A DNA stretch of 12,319 nt from Rotaria sordida (Eukaryota), in NCBI GenBank assembly GCA_905250005.1, contig CAJNOH010000675.1, positions 64,001 to 76,319 on the forward strand, given 5' to 3'. A program made the position numbers and the translations under genes. Positions 1 through 8,359 of this stretch are shown here, piece by piece. A model generated the notes under the pieces. That model was not told the DNA's origin, searched no databases, and was given only the letters and a program-made list of their open reading frames with translations. Every line of letters begins with the position of its first letter. The first letter of the stretch is position 1.

Positions 1-1
1 A

Positions 2-1111
2 ATTACAAAACAAGCTCAAACATTGATTCATATGTGTGGAACAACTTATTATTATCATCATATGCCCGATTTAGCCAAGAAATTAGATGAATTAGTTCCA
101 ATTAAAGCACCAACACGAACCTATTTTGCTACATCGGGTGCTGAAGCAGTTGAAGCAGCATTAAAACTTGCTATGTATTATACAAAACGACAAAGATTTA
201 TTTCATTTGTAGGTTCATTCCATGGACGAAGTCTCGCTACACTTTCATTAACAGCATCGAAAAAGATTCATCAAGTTGGTTATATGCGTCGTTTATTAGA
301 TGTTGTTCATGTACCTTATCCAAAAAAGCTTCATTCACCATTCGGAAATCTAACCGATGATGAAAGTGTATCTCAAGCAACAATAAATTGGATTGAAAAT
401 TTTATTTTTAAAACAACAACACCACCTGAAGATATTGCTGCAATTGTTGTTGAACCTATACAAGGTGAAGGTGGCTATTTTCCATCACCAGCTAGTTTTT
501 TGCCTGAACTTCGACGTATATGTAACGAAAATGGTATACTTTTAATTGTTGATGAAGTTCATAGTGGAATGGGACGAACAGGAAAAATGTTTGCTACTGA
601 ATATTATAATGTTGAACCGGATATTATATGTTTATCGAAAGGTATTGGTTCAGGTTTACCAATTGGTGTTTGTGTTGCTCGTGCAGATATTATGAATTGG
701 CCACGAGGATCACATGCATCAACATTTAGTGGAAATCCAGTTTGTATTGCATCGGCATTAAAGACTATTGAATTATTAGAAAATGGTCTAGTAGAAAATG
801 CACGTATTATTGGAAATTATTTAAAAGATGAATTAGTTAAATTGCTCGATAAATATGAATGTATTGGAGATGTTCGAGGTCTTGGTTTAATGATTGGAGT
901 AGAAATTGTTGAATCAAAACAAACAATGAAACATGCACCTGAAAAACGTGATAAAATCGAACTTGAATGTTATAAACGAGGTTTACTTATATTTGGTGGT
1001 GGTGGCATCAGTGTTATTCGATTTGCACCACCATTAATATTTACAAAAGAAAATGTTAATGTTGCTGTGGAAATTTTTGATGAAGCGGTAAAGGCTGTGA
1101 TATCTAATTAG
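2..1111 (+). CDS. Class-III PLP-dependent aminotransferase, bacterial GabT-type (4-aminobutyrate aminotransferase-like). 5'-partial: the frame is open from the window edge and roughly 70 N-terminal residues are missing. Stop TAG at 1109-1111. Apparently intronless within the window.
   Basis: Continuous ORF in the frame of the listed 23..1111 ORF, open back to base 2. The translation matches E. coli GabT across the core: TSGAEAVEAALKLA vs TTGSEAVENAVKIA; PPEDIAAIVVEPIQGEGGYF vs APEDIAAIVIEPVQGEGGFY; DEVHSGMGRTGKMFA vs DEVQSGAGRTGTLFA. The PLP-lysine region LSKGIGSGLPIG and GDVRGLGLMIGVEI vs GDVRGLGAMIAIEL also match. It is closer to bacterial GabT than to animal ABAT or AGXT2 by eye. Confidence 0.85.
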   Translation: MTKQAQTLIHMCGTTYYYHHMPDLAKKLDELVPIKAPTRTYFATSGAEAVEAALKLAMYYTKRQRFISFVGSFHGRSLATLSLTASKKIHQVGYMRRLLDVVHVPYPKKLHSPFGNLTDDESVSQATINWIENFIFKTTTPPEDIAAIVVEPIQGEGGYFPSPASFLPELRRICNENGILLIVDEVHSGMGRTGKMFATEYYNVEPDIICLSKGIGSGLPIGVCVARADIMNWPRGSHASTFSGNPVCIASALKTIELLENGLVENARIIGNYLKDELVKLLDKYECIGDVRGLGLMIGVEIVESKQTMKHAPEKRDKIELECYKRGLLIFGGGGISVIRFAPPLIFTKENVNVAVEIFDEAVKAVISN

Positions 1112-1366
1112 TTTTATTAGTAGTTTATTTCTTTGGACAACATATTTATAAGTGTAGTAAATTTTCTGAATCAAATTATTCGAAAAGAATAATTATATAT
1201 TTTTTTTCTCTGCTTTGTCAAAACTATGATCATGTAATATGACGCACATCTTCGATTTTCGATCAATAAAACAATTTTTTTTATAAAGTACAACGAAAAA
1301 ACATGACAAACACAAAGACAATTCAATCATCTCTACTGACGAGGAAAAATTTCAAGGTATCCTCAC

Positions 1367-2198
1367 CCGATTTTAATGACTTTTTTACCTATAAATACTG
1401 TATAGTTTCCTAGTAAAAAATCCTTAAAGGATTTAGGTTCCCATTTTTTTCTTCAAAAGTTAAGAAAATTTGATGTGTTTCATACATAATTGTCAGTTGT
1501 TATCTACGAGAATAATAAGAACAAGTCAAAACGAACTTTTATGAATGATTCTGCATTGATGTAGGCACAGAAAGTTTTCAAAAAAAAAAGTCAGTATTAA
1601 TGCTGAATTTTGTACCTTATAAGTAAAACACACAATTGCAGCCCTTTGAGTACCAAAACATTAGATTTCTTGCAAAAACTAGTATTTCATATATCAAATT
1701 TGAAACTTCCTAATTGATGACTTTTAAATTAACTGGTCTCGAAAACTTCTTCTGCTTATATCGATACAGAATCATTCATAAGGTTCGTTCTGACTTGTTC
1801 TTATTATTCTCTTAGATAACAACTGACAATTATCTATTAAACATTGCACATGTATTCTTTTCATTTGATAACAGGTAAAATTGCTTTCATCATGCCAACA
1901 ATAATACTTCACAATAATATTTGCTTGCGTTATGCATATGAAAGAAAAAACAACGTTGAATAAACTTTCACTACTAACTAAAAAATCAATTCCATTTGAT
2001 TGTACCGATACGGACATATTTTTCGTATTCTTATTGTGATGCTATTTCTCACCCATTCTGTATGTTATGCACTATAGGAGCAACAAAAAAAATTTTCATA
2101 ACTTTTAACGAAAAAGATAGGAACCCAAAAATTCTTTAAGGATTTTTACTAGAACACTACACAGTATTTATAGGCAAAAAAAAAGTCATTGAAATCGA
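1367..2198. mobile_element. Foldback / inverted-repeat element. Left arm about 1367-1556; right arm about 1772-2198 in inverted orientation; loop about 1557-1771. The right arm carries an extra ~250 bp (about 1840-2095) between the two homologous blocks. Candidate MITE or foldback transposon, or two inverted copies of one repeat.
   Basis: The reverse complement of 2100-2198 (ccattcgatttcaatgactttttttttgcctataaatactgtgtagtgttctagtaaaaatccttaaagaatttttgggttcctatc) aligns with 1367-1455 (ccgattttaatgacttttttacctataaatactgtatagtttcctagtaaaaaatccttaaaggatttaggttcccat). The reverse complement of 1772-1840 (gataattgtcagttgttatctaagagaataataagaacaagtcagaacgaaccttatgaatgattctg) aligns almost perfectly with 1487-1556. 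Confidence 0.6.
1772..2017 (-). other. 81-aa ORF lying entirely inside the right arm of the foldback element. Most likely a spurious ORF in repeat sequence.
   Basis: Position relative to the inverted repeat; no recognisable protein family; low-complexity composition. Confidence 0.15.
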
Positions 2199-2748
2199 AT
2201 GGAGGCACTTGAAAAGCAAGTCATTCTTACTATCACCTCTTAGTAAATCGTACGATTCGAATGATGTGATTGTGTGCTTCAGTTTAACCGACATAAGATA
2301 ATAGATTTTTTTGGATTTTTACTTTACTTTATTGATGTTACACTCTGGAGTGTTTACATGAGGAAGTTAAGAATATGTCACAGTTGACATGGGAATTCAG
2401 TTGAGTTTGGAATGCATGTAAATAGTGTGAGTCACACGATAATTAATGTTTGTGTATTATTGTATTCAACTTTTGTAATTTTAGCGATTCTAAATGATTC
2501 GTCGAACTTCTATGATCTATTTGGACTTATTTTAAAATATTTACATATAGAAAGTTTTCATTTTTAACCATTCTTATTTAGTGAATATTAGAATTTTATG
2601 AATTTTATTCATCTCCTTATAATTAATCGATTGATGTTCGTTGCTATGGAACATTCAATCAAGAAACACATTCTATGTCTGTTTGTTTTTAATTACATTA
2701 ATTGTTTTTTCATGTGAATCTTTTACAAAAAAAAATTATTCTATAAAA

Positions 2749-3085
2749 ACAAATAGCTCGAATACTCTCGATTTCGTTTCAACCAATCGTTCAATGTCTC
2801 CATGTCCCGCTGCTCGAAAAAAGATCTATCCTAAAGAAACAAATAATTCAAATACTCTCGATTTCGTTTCAACCAATGATTCAATGTCCCCATGTCCCAT
2901 AGCTCGAAAAAAGCGTCTATTCTATAGAAACGAATAACTCAAGTACTCTCGATTTCGTTTCAGCCAATAATTCAATGTCTCCATGTCCCGCAGCTCGAAA
3001 AACATCTATTCTATAGAAAGAAATAGCTCAAGTACTCTCGATTTCGTTTCAACCAATGATTCAATGTCCCCATGTCCCGAGCACC
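2749..3085. repeat. Tandem satellite, about 90 bp unit (89-91 bp period), about 3.7 copies. Unit starts at roughly 2751, 2841, 2932 and 3021.
   Basis: The unit aatagctcgaatactctcgatttcgtttcaaccaat(c/g/a)(g/a)ttcaatgtc(t/c)ccatgtccc(gctg/atag/gcag)ctcgaaaaa...tct(a/t)tcctatagaaa recurs four times with about 90% identity. It explains the artifactual 98-aa ORF at 2641-2937. Confidence 0.85.
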
Positions 3086-4086
3086 TATATAGAAACTACA
3101 ATATAAGGAAAATGATGAATAAGATTTACTTTTAGAAGAAAACAATAAATAGAATGACTAATGACTTTTCATCAACAAGATAACAGTATGAAGATACTTT
3201 TTATTGTCCGAGAAGTAATAGTAAATATAAATTTGACAAGAAACAAACAAGTTTTCTTGAATAAATATATCGAAAACGGTGGTGGTGTGAGTATCATGTC
3301 TTAACTCTTACCCACACCCACATTCACATACTGCTTTCATATTATATAGTTTTATTCTAGATCATTTTCTTGATGTTGATTTTTTTACATTTATCATTAG
3401 AATTTTTATTGACAATTGAATTTAGTATATCAAGCAAAAGTATTTTTGAAAAGAATGTTATTAAATGTGAACTAGTATCACAATTTGCGCATTATTTATT
3501 GTATAATTAAAATATGCAATTATCAAGAAGAGGGAAGTATGACCTGTTTTCTAATTTATATTTTTACCGTTAATTCTTTTTTCATTTTTATAACTTTCAA
3601 TCTTAGTGATCTTCGTATCCTACGACTACTGCAATATTTTCAAATATTATCGAAATTTAAGTTCAAATAAGTAGAAGATGGCTATTTGTAATTCTATTAT
3701 TATACAATATCCCTATGAACAGCAACAACGTTTGAGTATTGTTTTATATTTTTCTATATTAGATAAATAAGATTAATTTGATCACAACTACAACTCTTTG
3801 CCTAGATGTTAACAATCACAACGTATTTTGAGGTCAAGTGTTTTTTTGTTTTTTCATAAAAGACTTTATATCTTATTATTCAGCATAATCTATTCAACTA
3901 ATGTTTAATGATTGAGAAGTTAGTCATATAATTAAAACTTGAAATATTTAATATAATTATTTCAGTTTTTCATCTTATCTCATTATGGTGTATTTTTGTT
4001 CTAGATTATATTAATATTACGAACATCTCTCCGTCGCTAACTTTTTAAACAATTCTGATACTTTGCTTGATCTACAAGCTACTAAT

Positions 4087-4339
4087 TCTAGAAATGATTG
4101 CATAATGCATATTAGGAAAATATTTTTAATAAAATAATTTTATATTTTTTTCTTATCAATTTTGATTTTTTTCAAATTTAATTTATCATCTTACAGAAAA
4201 ATATTGAAAAAATTTTTGAATTCTCTGTAAAACATTAAGTTAAATTTCAAAAAAAAGTTGATAAGAAAGAATATAAAATTATTTTTTCTTAATATGCACT
4301 ATTCATATCGAAATGCAATCATTTCTAGAATTAAAACTT
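4087..4339. repeat. Large imperfect palindrome / foldback (hairpin-capable, about 253 bp) centred near 4212, with an inner near-perfect palindrome at 4130-4287. MITE-like or cruciform-forming element about 270 bp upstream of the oxidase ATG.
   Basis: tctagaaatgattgcat (4087-4103) is the exact reverse complement of atgcaatcatttctaga (4323-4339). aaaataattttatatttttttcttatcaa (4131-4159) matches the reverse complement of ttgataagaaagaatataaaattatttt (4258-4286). The inner arms around ttacagaaaaat / ctctgtaa are also complementary. The left arm has a ~12 bp extra segment. Confidence 0.7.
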
Positions 4340-4560
4340 CGTAGATCATCAGCTGAAGTATCCAAGGAAGATAGATGTAAGACGTTCGAGTGTCTGAAAT
4401 CAGTTATCCGTCGACACTTGAAGTATCTAACTTAGTAATAAATCAATCAATCAGAATTAGGTCAAATTGTTTTGTATAAACGGATGAACAATCTTGTCTA
4501 TAGATTTCATATGTCTTGATTTTTTAGAGTATAAGATCCGTACTTTTTGTCATATTTTTT

Positions 4561-4570
4561 TATATAAAAA
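4561..4570 (+). promoter_or_regulatory. Candidate TATA box (tatataaaaa) for the 2-hydroxyacid oxidase gene. It would place the TSS near 4590-4600, which favours ATG 4608 over ATG 4581 as the start codon.
   Basis: TATA-like motif 38-47 nt upstream of ATG 4608. Purely positional inference in AT-rich sequence. Confidence 0.3.
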
Positions 4571-4607
4571 ATATCAGACCATGCAGGTCGTTGAAAAAAA
4601 ATCGGAA

Positions 4608-5780
4608 ATGTCTTTGACACAACCAATACGAGCTCTATTGAACGTGGAAGATTATCATCAACAAGCGAAAGGAAAATTATCACAAATGACCTATGATTTT
4701 TATAGTACTGGTTCAGATGATCAGTTAACATTAATTGATAATCAACTAGCGTTTCGTCGAATAAAATTACGTCCAAAAATACTCATTGATGTATCATCGC
4801 ATTCAGCAATCAATTCAATCAGTTGTCAAACACAATTATTAAATTCTACGATGACAATTTCATTTCCATGTATTATTGCTCCAACAGGTTTACAAAGACT
4901 AGCCAATAGTGAATATGGAGAATTAGCAACTGTTCGTGCAGCTGTTGCTTGTTCGACAATAATGTGTGTCAGTACTATGGCATCAATAGGCATGGAACGG
5001 ATTGCCGAAGAACATCGAGAGCAAATTAAAACAAATTATCCTCAAAGTACTTCACAACTTTGGTATCAGTTATATGTATTCACAAATCGTCAATATACAC
5101 AGAGACTAATCGAACATGCTGAAAGATGTGGCTATAAAGCTTTAGTTGTTACTGTTGATGTTTGTGTAATAGGCAATAGAGAATGTGATATCCGTAATCC
5201 ATTTTCATTACCTGAAGGTATTCAAGCGGAAAATCTAATTGATGATAAAAGTAGTGATTTTGCTAAAACTTATCGTCAAGCACCCATAGATGCCTCATTA
5301 TCGTGGAAAGATCTTAAATGGATACGGTCGATCACGTCATTACCCATCATTCTCAAAGGTATTATACATCCAGATGATGCCCGTGAAGCTGTTAAACATG
5401 GCGTACAAGGAATTGTTGTTTCGAATCATGGTGGTCGACAATTGGATACATGTCAAAGTACTATTGATGCTTTACCAGATATCATGGATGCTATTAGTGG
5501 TGAACATCATCAAATCGATGTTTATATTGATGGTGGTGTACGACGAGGAACAGATATTTTGAAAGCTATGGCATTGGGTGCAAAAGCAGTACTTATCGGA
5601 CGACCAGTATCATGGGGTTTGGCAGTAGATGGAATGCAAGGTGTACGAAATGTTTTGGATATATTGAAAAAAGAATTTCGAGTGGCTATGATGTTATGTG
5701 GATGTCAAACTATTGATGATATCAGAAAAAACAATCTTTTAGTCATGAATAATAATAGTAATATTCGATCGAAATTATAA
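4608..5780 (+). CDS. FMN-dependent (S)-2-hydroxy-acid oxidase / glycolate oxidase (HAO1-like), peroxisomal, C-terminal PTS1 -SKL. Single exon. Alternative in-frame start at 4581 (MQVVEKKSE...).
   Basis: Uninterrupted ORF aligning end-to-end with human HAO1. [47 protein letters not shown] matches [97 protein letters not shown] matches [70 protein letters not shown] matches GGVRKGTDVLKALALGAKAV. The protein ends ...IRSKL-stop. Confidence 0.9.
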   Translation: [390 protein letters not shown]

Positions 5781-7146
5781 AATGGCATAACTACTATCGA
5801 TTATGATGACTGAAGTGATTGAACATTATCCTTTTTAGTATTTATACTGTTAATTTAGTACCATAAAACTGAAAGGTGTGTCATTTTACAAACCTTTCAT
5901 CAGGTTTCTCCTTGTATCAGCACGAATCTTGTGTTCACTTCACCTACGTTTTTAAGATAATCTATTTCTTGTAAAATGATATTACTATTTAAAAGACTAT
6001 AAATAAAAGAGAAAACTTGATCGATCAATTTAATCAAATCATTTTCTTGAATATTTTCAATCAATTGTTCCATGCAAAGGACATCAAAATATCTAACTAA
6101 AAATCATTATTATATCTTCATCAATGATAAACTAAAACAATACTATTTACACCCAATCATATAACCAGATTTTAAGTCATTAACTTTGATTTTTTCACAA
6201 GATTTCTTTTTTTGAATTCTCTCTAATTGATTAAAAAGATTTCTCAATGTCAGTTAATTAACATTTATCAATACATTTTAAAAGATGAAAGAAATTTGAA
6301 AAAACAAAACAAAACATAAGTTCGCTATGGATACAACTGTGTGTTCTTCTTTCGTATCGTCATCCATAGCTCACAAGTATTTTCCTGTTCATGTCAAATA
6401 GGTCCATTGTATTTCATATTTTAATCTCTTAAGGATTATACTGAAGGCTTTTTTCATCCTTTTCTCTCCCACTCACTGCTATAAACTCATTGGTTTGTTT
6501 TCAATATCATATATTATCATGCATTCATAGGACAGGTCTAAGTACTCATAAACACAGTTTCAATCTAACTTGAACATTCATTAGGTGAGAAGGCTTAACC
6601 CCTATATGCATTTTTCCGTATCAATTTTTGCAACCGTATTAACGAAGGTAAATACATATGTGCCAGTTATTTACAGTAAATAAACTAATGATTACGTATA
6701 ACTAAACATCAAGTACTTTCAGCTACAGAACTTAAGCAAATATTATCTATATTTTTTCTTATGAACGTTTTCAAGATACGGTTTCTAGACTATTAAGGTA
6801 CACACATTATTTAAAATTCAGTTCCTTTTTGCCCATCATTTCTACAGAAAAACATTTTCTCCAGACTAAATAGTTTAGAGTCTAGAAAGTTAAATTAAGA
6901 ATAAAAATCTCTCGAAGTGAGAGTGAAGAGAAAATGATTTATCTCACCTTCACTGCCACATAGCTAAGGAATTCAGTAAAAAAACACAAACGACGACGAC
7001 ATCAGTGTATTCAATTTTAAAAAGATATCGTCGGTTCATACCATACGGTAAAGAAGGATTTCAAGAATTGAAATGCATAAAATACCTTCTTTTTACAGTA
7101 TAGAACTAACTATTGATTCTTTTCTATGCAAATCTCTAATGTAAAA

Positions 7147-7152
7147 TTTATT
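7147..7152 (-). other. Polyadenylation signal AATAAA (plus-strand tttatt), about 45 nt downstream of the ABHD6-like stop codon.
   Basis: Hexamer in the expected position and orientation; AT-rich context makes chance matches common. Confidence 0.4.
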
Positions 7153-7196
7153 AATTATTATAAGAAAAATTTTATAATATTGTCACTTTGATTTTT

Positions 7197-7364
7197 TTAC
7201 AATCTGCTTTTATAGTAAGGATTACGTTCTAGAAAATGGATAACAGCATCGGCAGTTTCTTCAGGTTTGTCGATGGTGATGAGATGACCACAATTATCGA
7301 AAACTATCAATTCTGATTTAGATAGTAATGTCGCCAAATAAGAAGCACCTGCAGGATGGCATAA
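7197..7364 (-). CDS. ABHD6-like hydrolase terminal exon: LCHPAGASYLATLLSKSELIVFDNCGHLITIDKPEETADAVIHFLERNPYYKSRL-stop. TAA at 7199-7197. Acceptor ttttAG at 7366-7365 after a 209 nt intron.
   Basis: Catalytic His motif NCGH plus the ...KP..A..I..FL tail, matching ABHD6 ENCGHSVVMERPRKTAKLIIDFL. 168 nt, phase 0. Confidence 0.8.
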   Translation of the reverse strand, partial: LCHPAGASYLATLLSKSELIVFDNCGHLITIDKPEETADAVIHFLERNPYYKSRL

Positions 7365-7573
7365 CTAAAACAAGATAATCTAAAAATTTCACTTTGTAAA
7401 AAAAGTAACTGTTTCACGAGTGTGTTTTGAGATTTTATTTTGTATACCAGATCATTGAAAAAAACTAATTCAAACTTCAGTATGAATAAAATGTTGATCC
7501 TGTTCAATCTGAGTGGTGTTGAAACATACTCGACTGAATATGTTTACTTCTTTATAAATCACATGATTCATAC

Positions 7574-7680
7574 CTGATCTTCACGACCCCAAATGATGAG
7601 TGTTGGACACATCAGATATTTTAATTGTCTATAGATTTCTCCAAGATTTGGATAATCATATTCAAAGGCAATTTGAAGGA
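7574..7680 (-). CDS. ABHD6-like hydrolase exon: (I)LQIAFEYDYPNLGEIYRQLKYLMCPTLIIWGREDQ. Acceptor ctttAG at 7682-7681; donor GTATGA at 7573-7568.
   Basis: Matches ABHD6 KIKVPTQIIWGKQDQ, the catalytic Asp region. 107 nt; phase 1 in, phase 0 out. Confidence 0.8.
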
Positions 7681-7734
7681 CTAAAGATCAACCAAAAATA
7701 AATCTTCTATATACATCATAATCGATTTATTTAC

Positions 7735-7926
7735 TTCTTTTATGTTGATTTAGCGTGCGTAAATGTATTTTAAAGTATGTTTTAGCCAATGATCGAGCGA
7801 AAGGAATCTTTTTCTTTGATAATATTTTCATGAGAGCATAATATTGTTTAAATGTTTCAGGTAAAATTATATGATACTTCCCCAAACGTAATTGTTGGAC
7901 CATATCAGTTTCGTATTCTTCCCCGG
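7735..7926 (-). CDS. ABHD6-like hydrolase exon: (P)GEEYETDMVQQLRLGKYHIILPETFKQYYALMKILSKKKIPFARSLAKTYFKIHLRTLNQHKR. Acceptor gatAG at 7928-7927; donor GTAAAT at 7734-7729.
   Basis: Corresponds to ABHD6 ...IPLIPSTPEEMSEMLQLCSYVRFKVPQQILQGLVDVRIPHNNFYRKLF. 192 nt; the phases chain correctly (1 in, 1 out); flanking introns are 53 and 54 nt. Confidence 0.7.
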
Positions 7927-7979
7927 CTATCATAGATCAAGAAACAATATACTTTGATAATGAAATTATTCAAACTTAC

Positions 7980-8109
7980 GAGGAGGAGAAAGTACACAGA
8001 TCATGCCTACATCGAATGGATATTTCATGGCAAACATCGCAGCAATTGCACCACCCATCGATCCACCAACAAGACATATCGGTTCGATGAAATTCAATCT
8101 GTCAAAAAA
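7980..8109 (-). CDS. ABHD6-like hydrolase exon with the nucleophile elbow: FFDRLNFIEPICLVGGSMGGAIAAMFAMKYPFDVGMICVLSPP. Acceptor ttattAG at 8111-8110; donor GTAAGT at 7979-7974.
   Basis: GXSXG motif (GGSMGG) aligning to ABHD6 QFVECLKLNKKPFHLVGTSMGGQVAGVYAAYYP. 130 nt; ends in phase 1, which the next exon completes as CCC (Pro). Confidence 0.8.
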
Positions 8110-8134
8110 CTAATAAATCCCAAAGTAAAAACAC

Positions 8135-8150
8135 ACACACACACACATAT
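8135..8150. repeat. (CA)7 microsatellite inside the 83-nt intron (8110-8192) of the ABHD6-like gene.
   Basis: acacacacacacacat seen directly. Confidence 0.9.
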
Positions 8151-8192
8151 GATATAGAATAACAAATAGACTCGATAAAGATCATTCAATAC

Positions 8193-8306
8193 CTGTTTAA
8201 GTAGATCTACAACATTTGTAGCGATATAATATTCTTCATTAAAACCGACAGTTTCGCCATGACCGGGCAAATCAACGGCAATACAATGATATCTATCTGG
8301 AATATG
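8193..8306 (-). CDS. ABHD6-like hydrolase exon: HIPDRYHCIAVDLPGHGETVGFNEEYYIATNVVDLLKQ. Acceptor ctcAG at 8308-8307; donor GTATTG at 8192.
   Basis: Matches ABHD6 FLPKNLHLVCVDMPGHEGT...; 114 nt, phase 0-0; 53 nt upstream intron. Confidence 0.75.
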
Positions 8307-8359
8307 CTGAGTATAAACGAAGATTTTTATCTATATCAAATGATGAATTATTGACAAAC

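Noticed and set aside
2230-2275. tRNA-like fragment (gattcgaat resembling a T-arm)
   Set aside because: No acceptor-stem complementarity, D-arm or anticodon-stem structure could be built around it.
2425-2437. Palindromic gtgtgaGtcacac containing an AP-1/TRE-like TGAGTCA
   Set aside because: Single short motif in AT-rich intergenic DNA; expected by chance and not near a mapped promoter.
2641-2937. 98-aa ORF on the + strand
   Set aside because: It runs through the 90-bp tandem satellite. The translated peptide is internally repetitive (NTLDFVSTN...SMSPCP twice), so it is an artifact of the repeat.
3485-3670. 61-aa plus-strand ORF
   Set aside because: AT-rich low-complexity peptide in intergenic sequence with no supporting features.
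4507-4776. 89-aa minus-strand ORF
   Set aside because: Antisense overlap with the strongly supported oxidase CDS; no family resemblance.
5290-5562. 90-aa plus-strand ORF in an alternative frame
   Set aside because: Lies inside the oxidase CDS in a different frame; AT-rich frame artifact.
7307-7507. 66-aa minus-strand ORF
   Set aside because: Falls in the 209-nt intron and a wrong frame of the terminal hydrolase exon. The correct frame gives the conserved NCGH...FL C-terminus instead.
7727-7933. 68-aa minus-strand ORF taken as a stand-alone gene starting MIAGEE
   Set aside because: It is an internal exon (7735-7926) of the ABHD6-like gene. The apparent ATG and stop lie in intron sequence on either side (acceptor gatAG, donor GTAAAT).
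7954-8157. 67-aa plus-strand ORF
   Set aside because: Antisense to the GGSMGG exon (7980-8109) of the ABHD6-like gene. It ends in the intronic (CA)n run, which is translated as HTHTHM.
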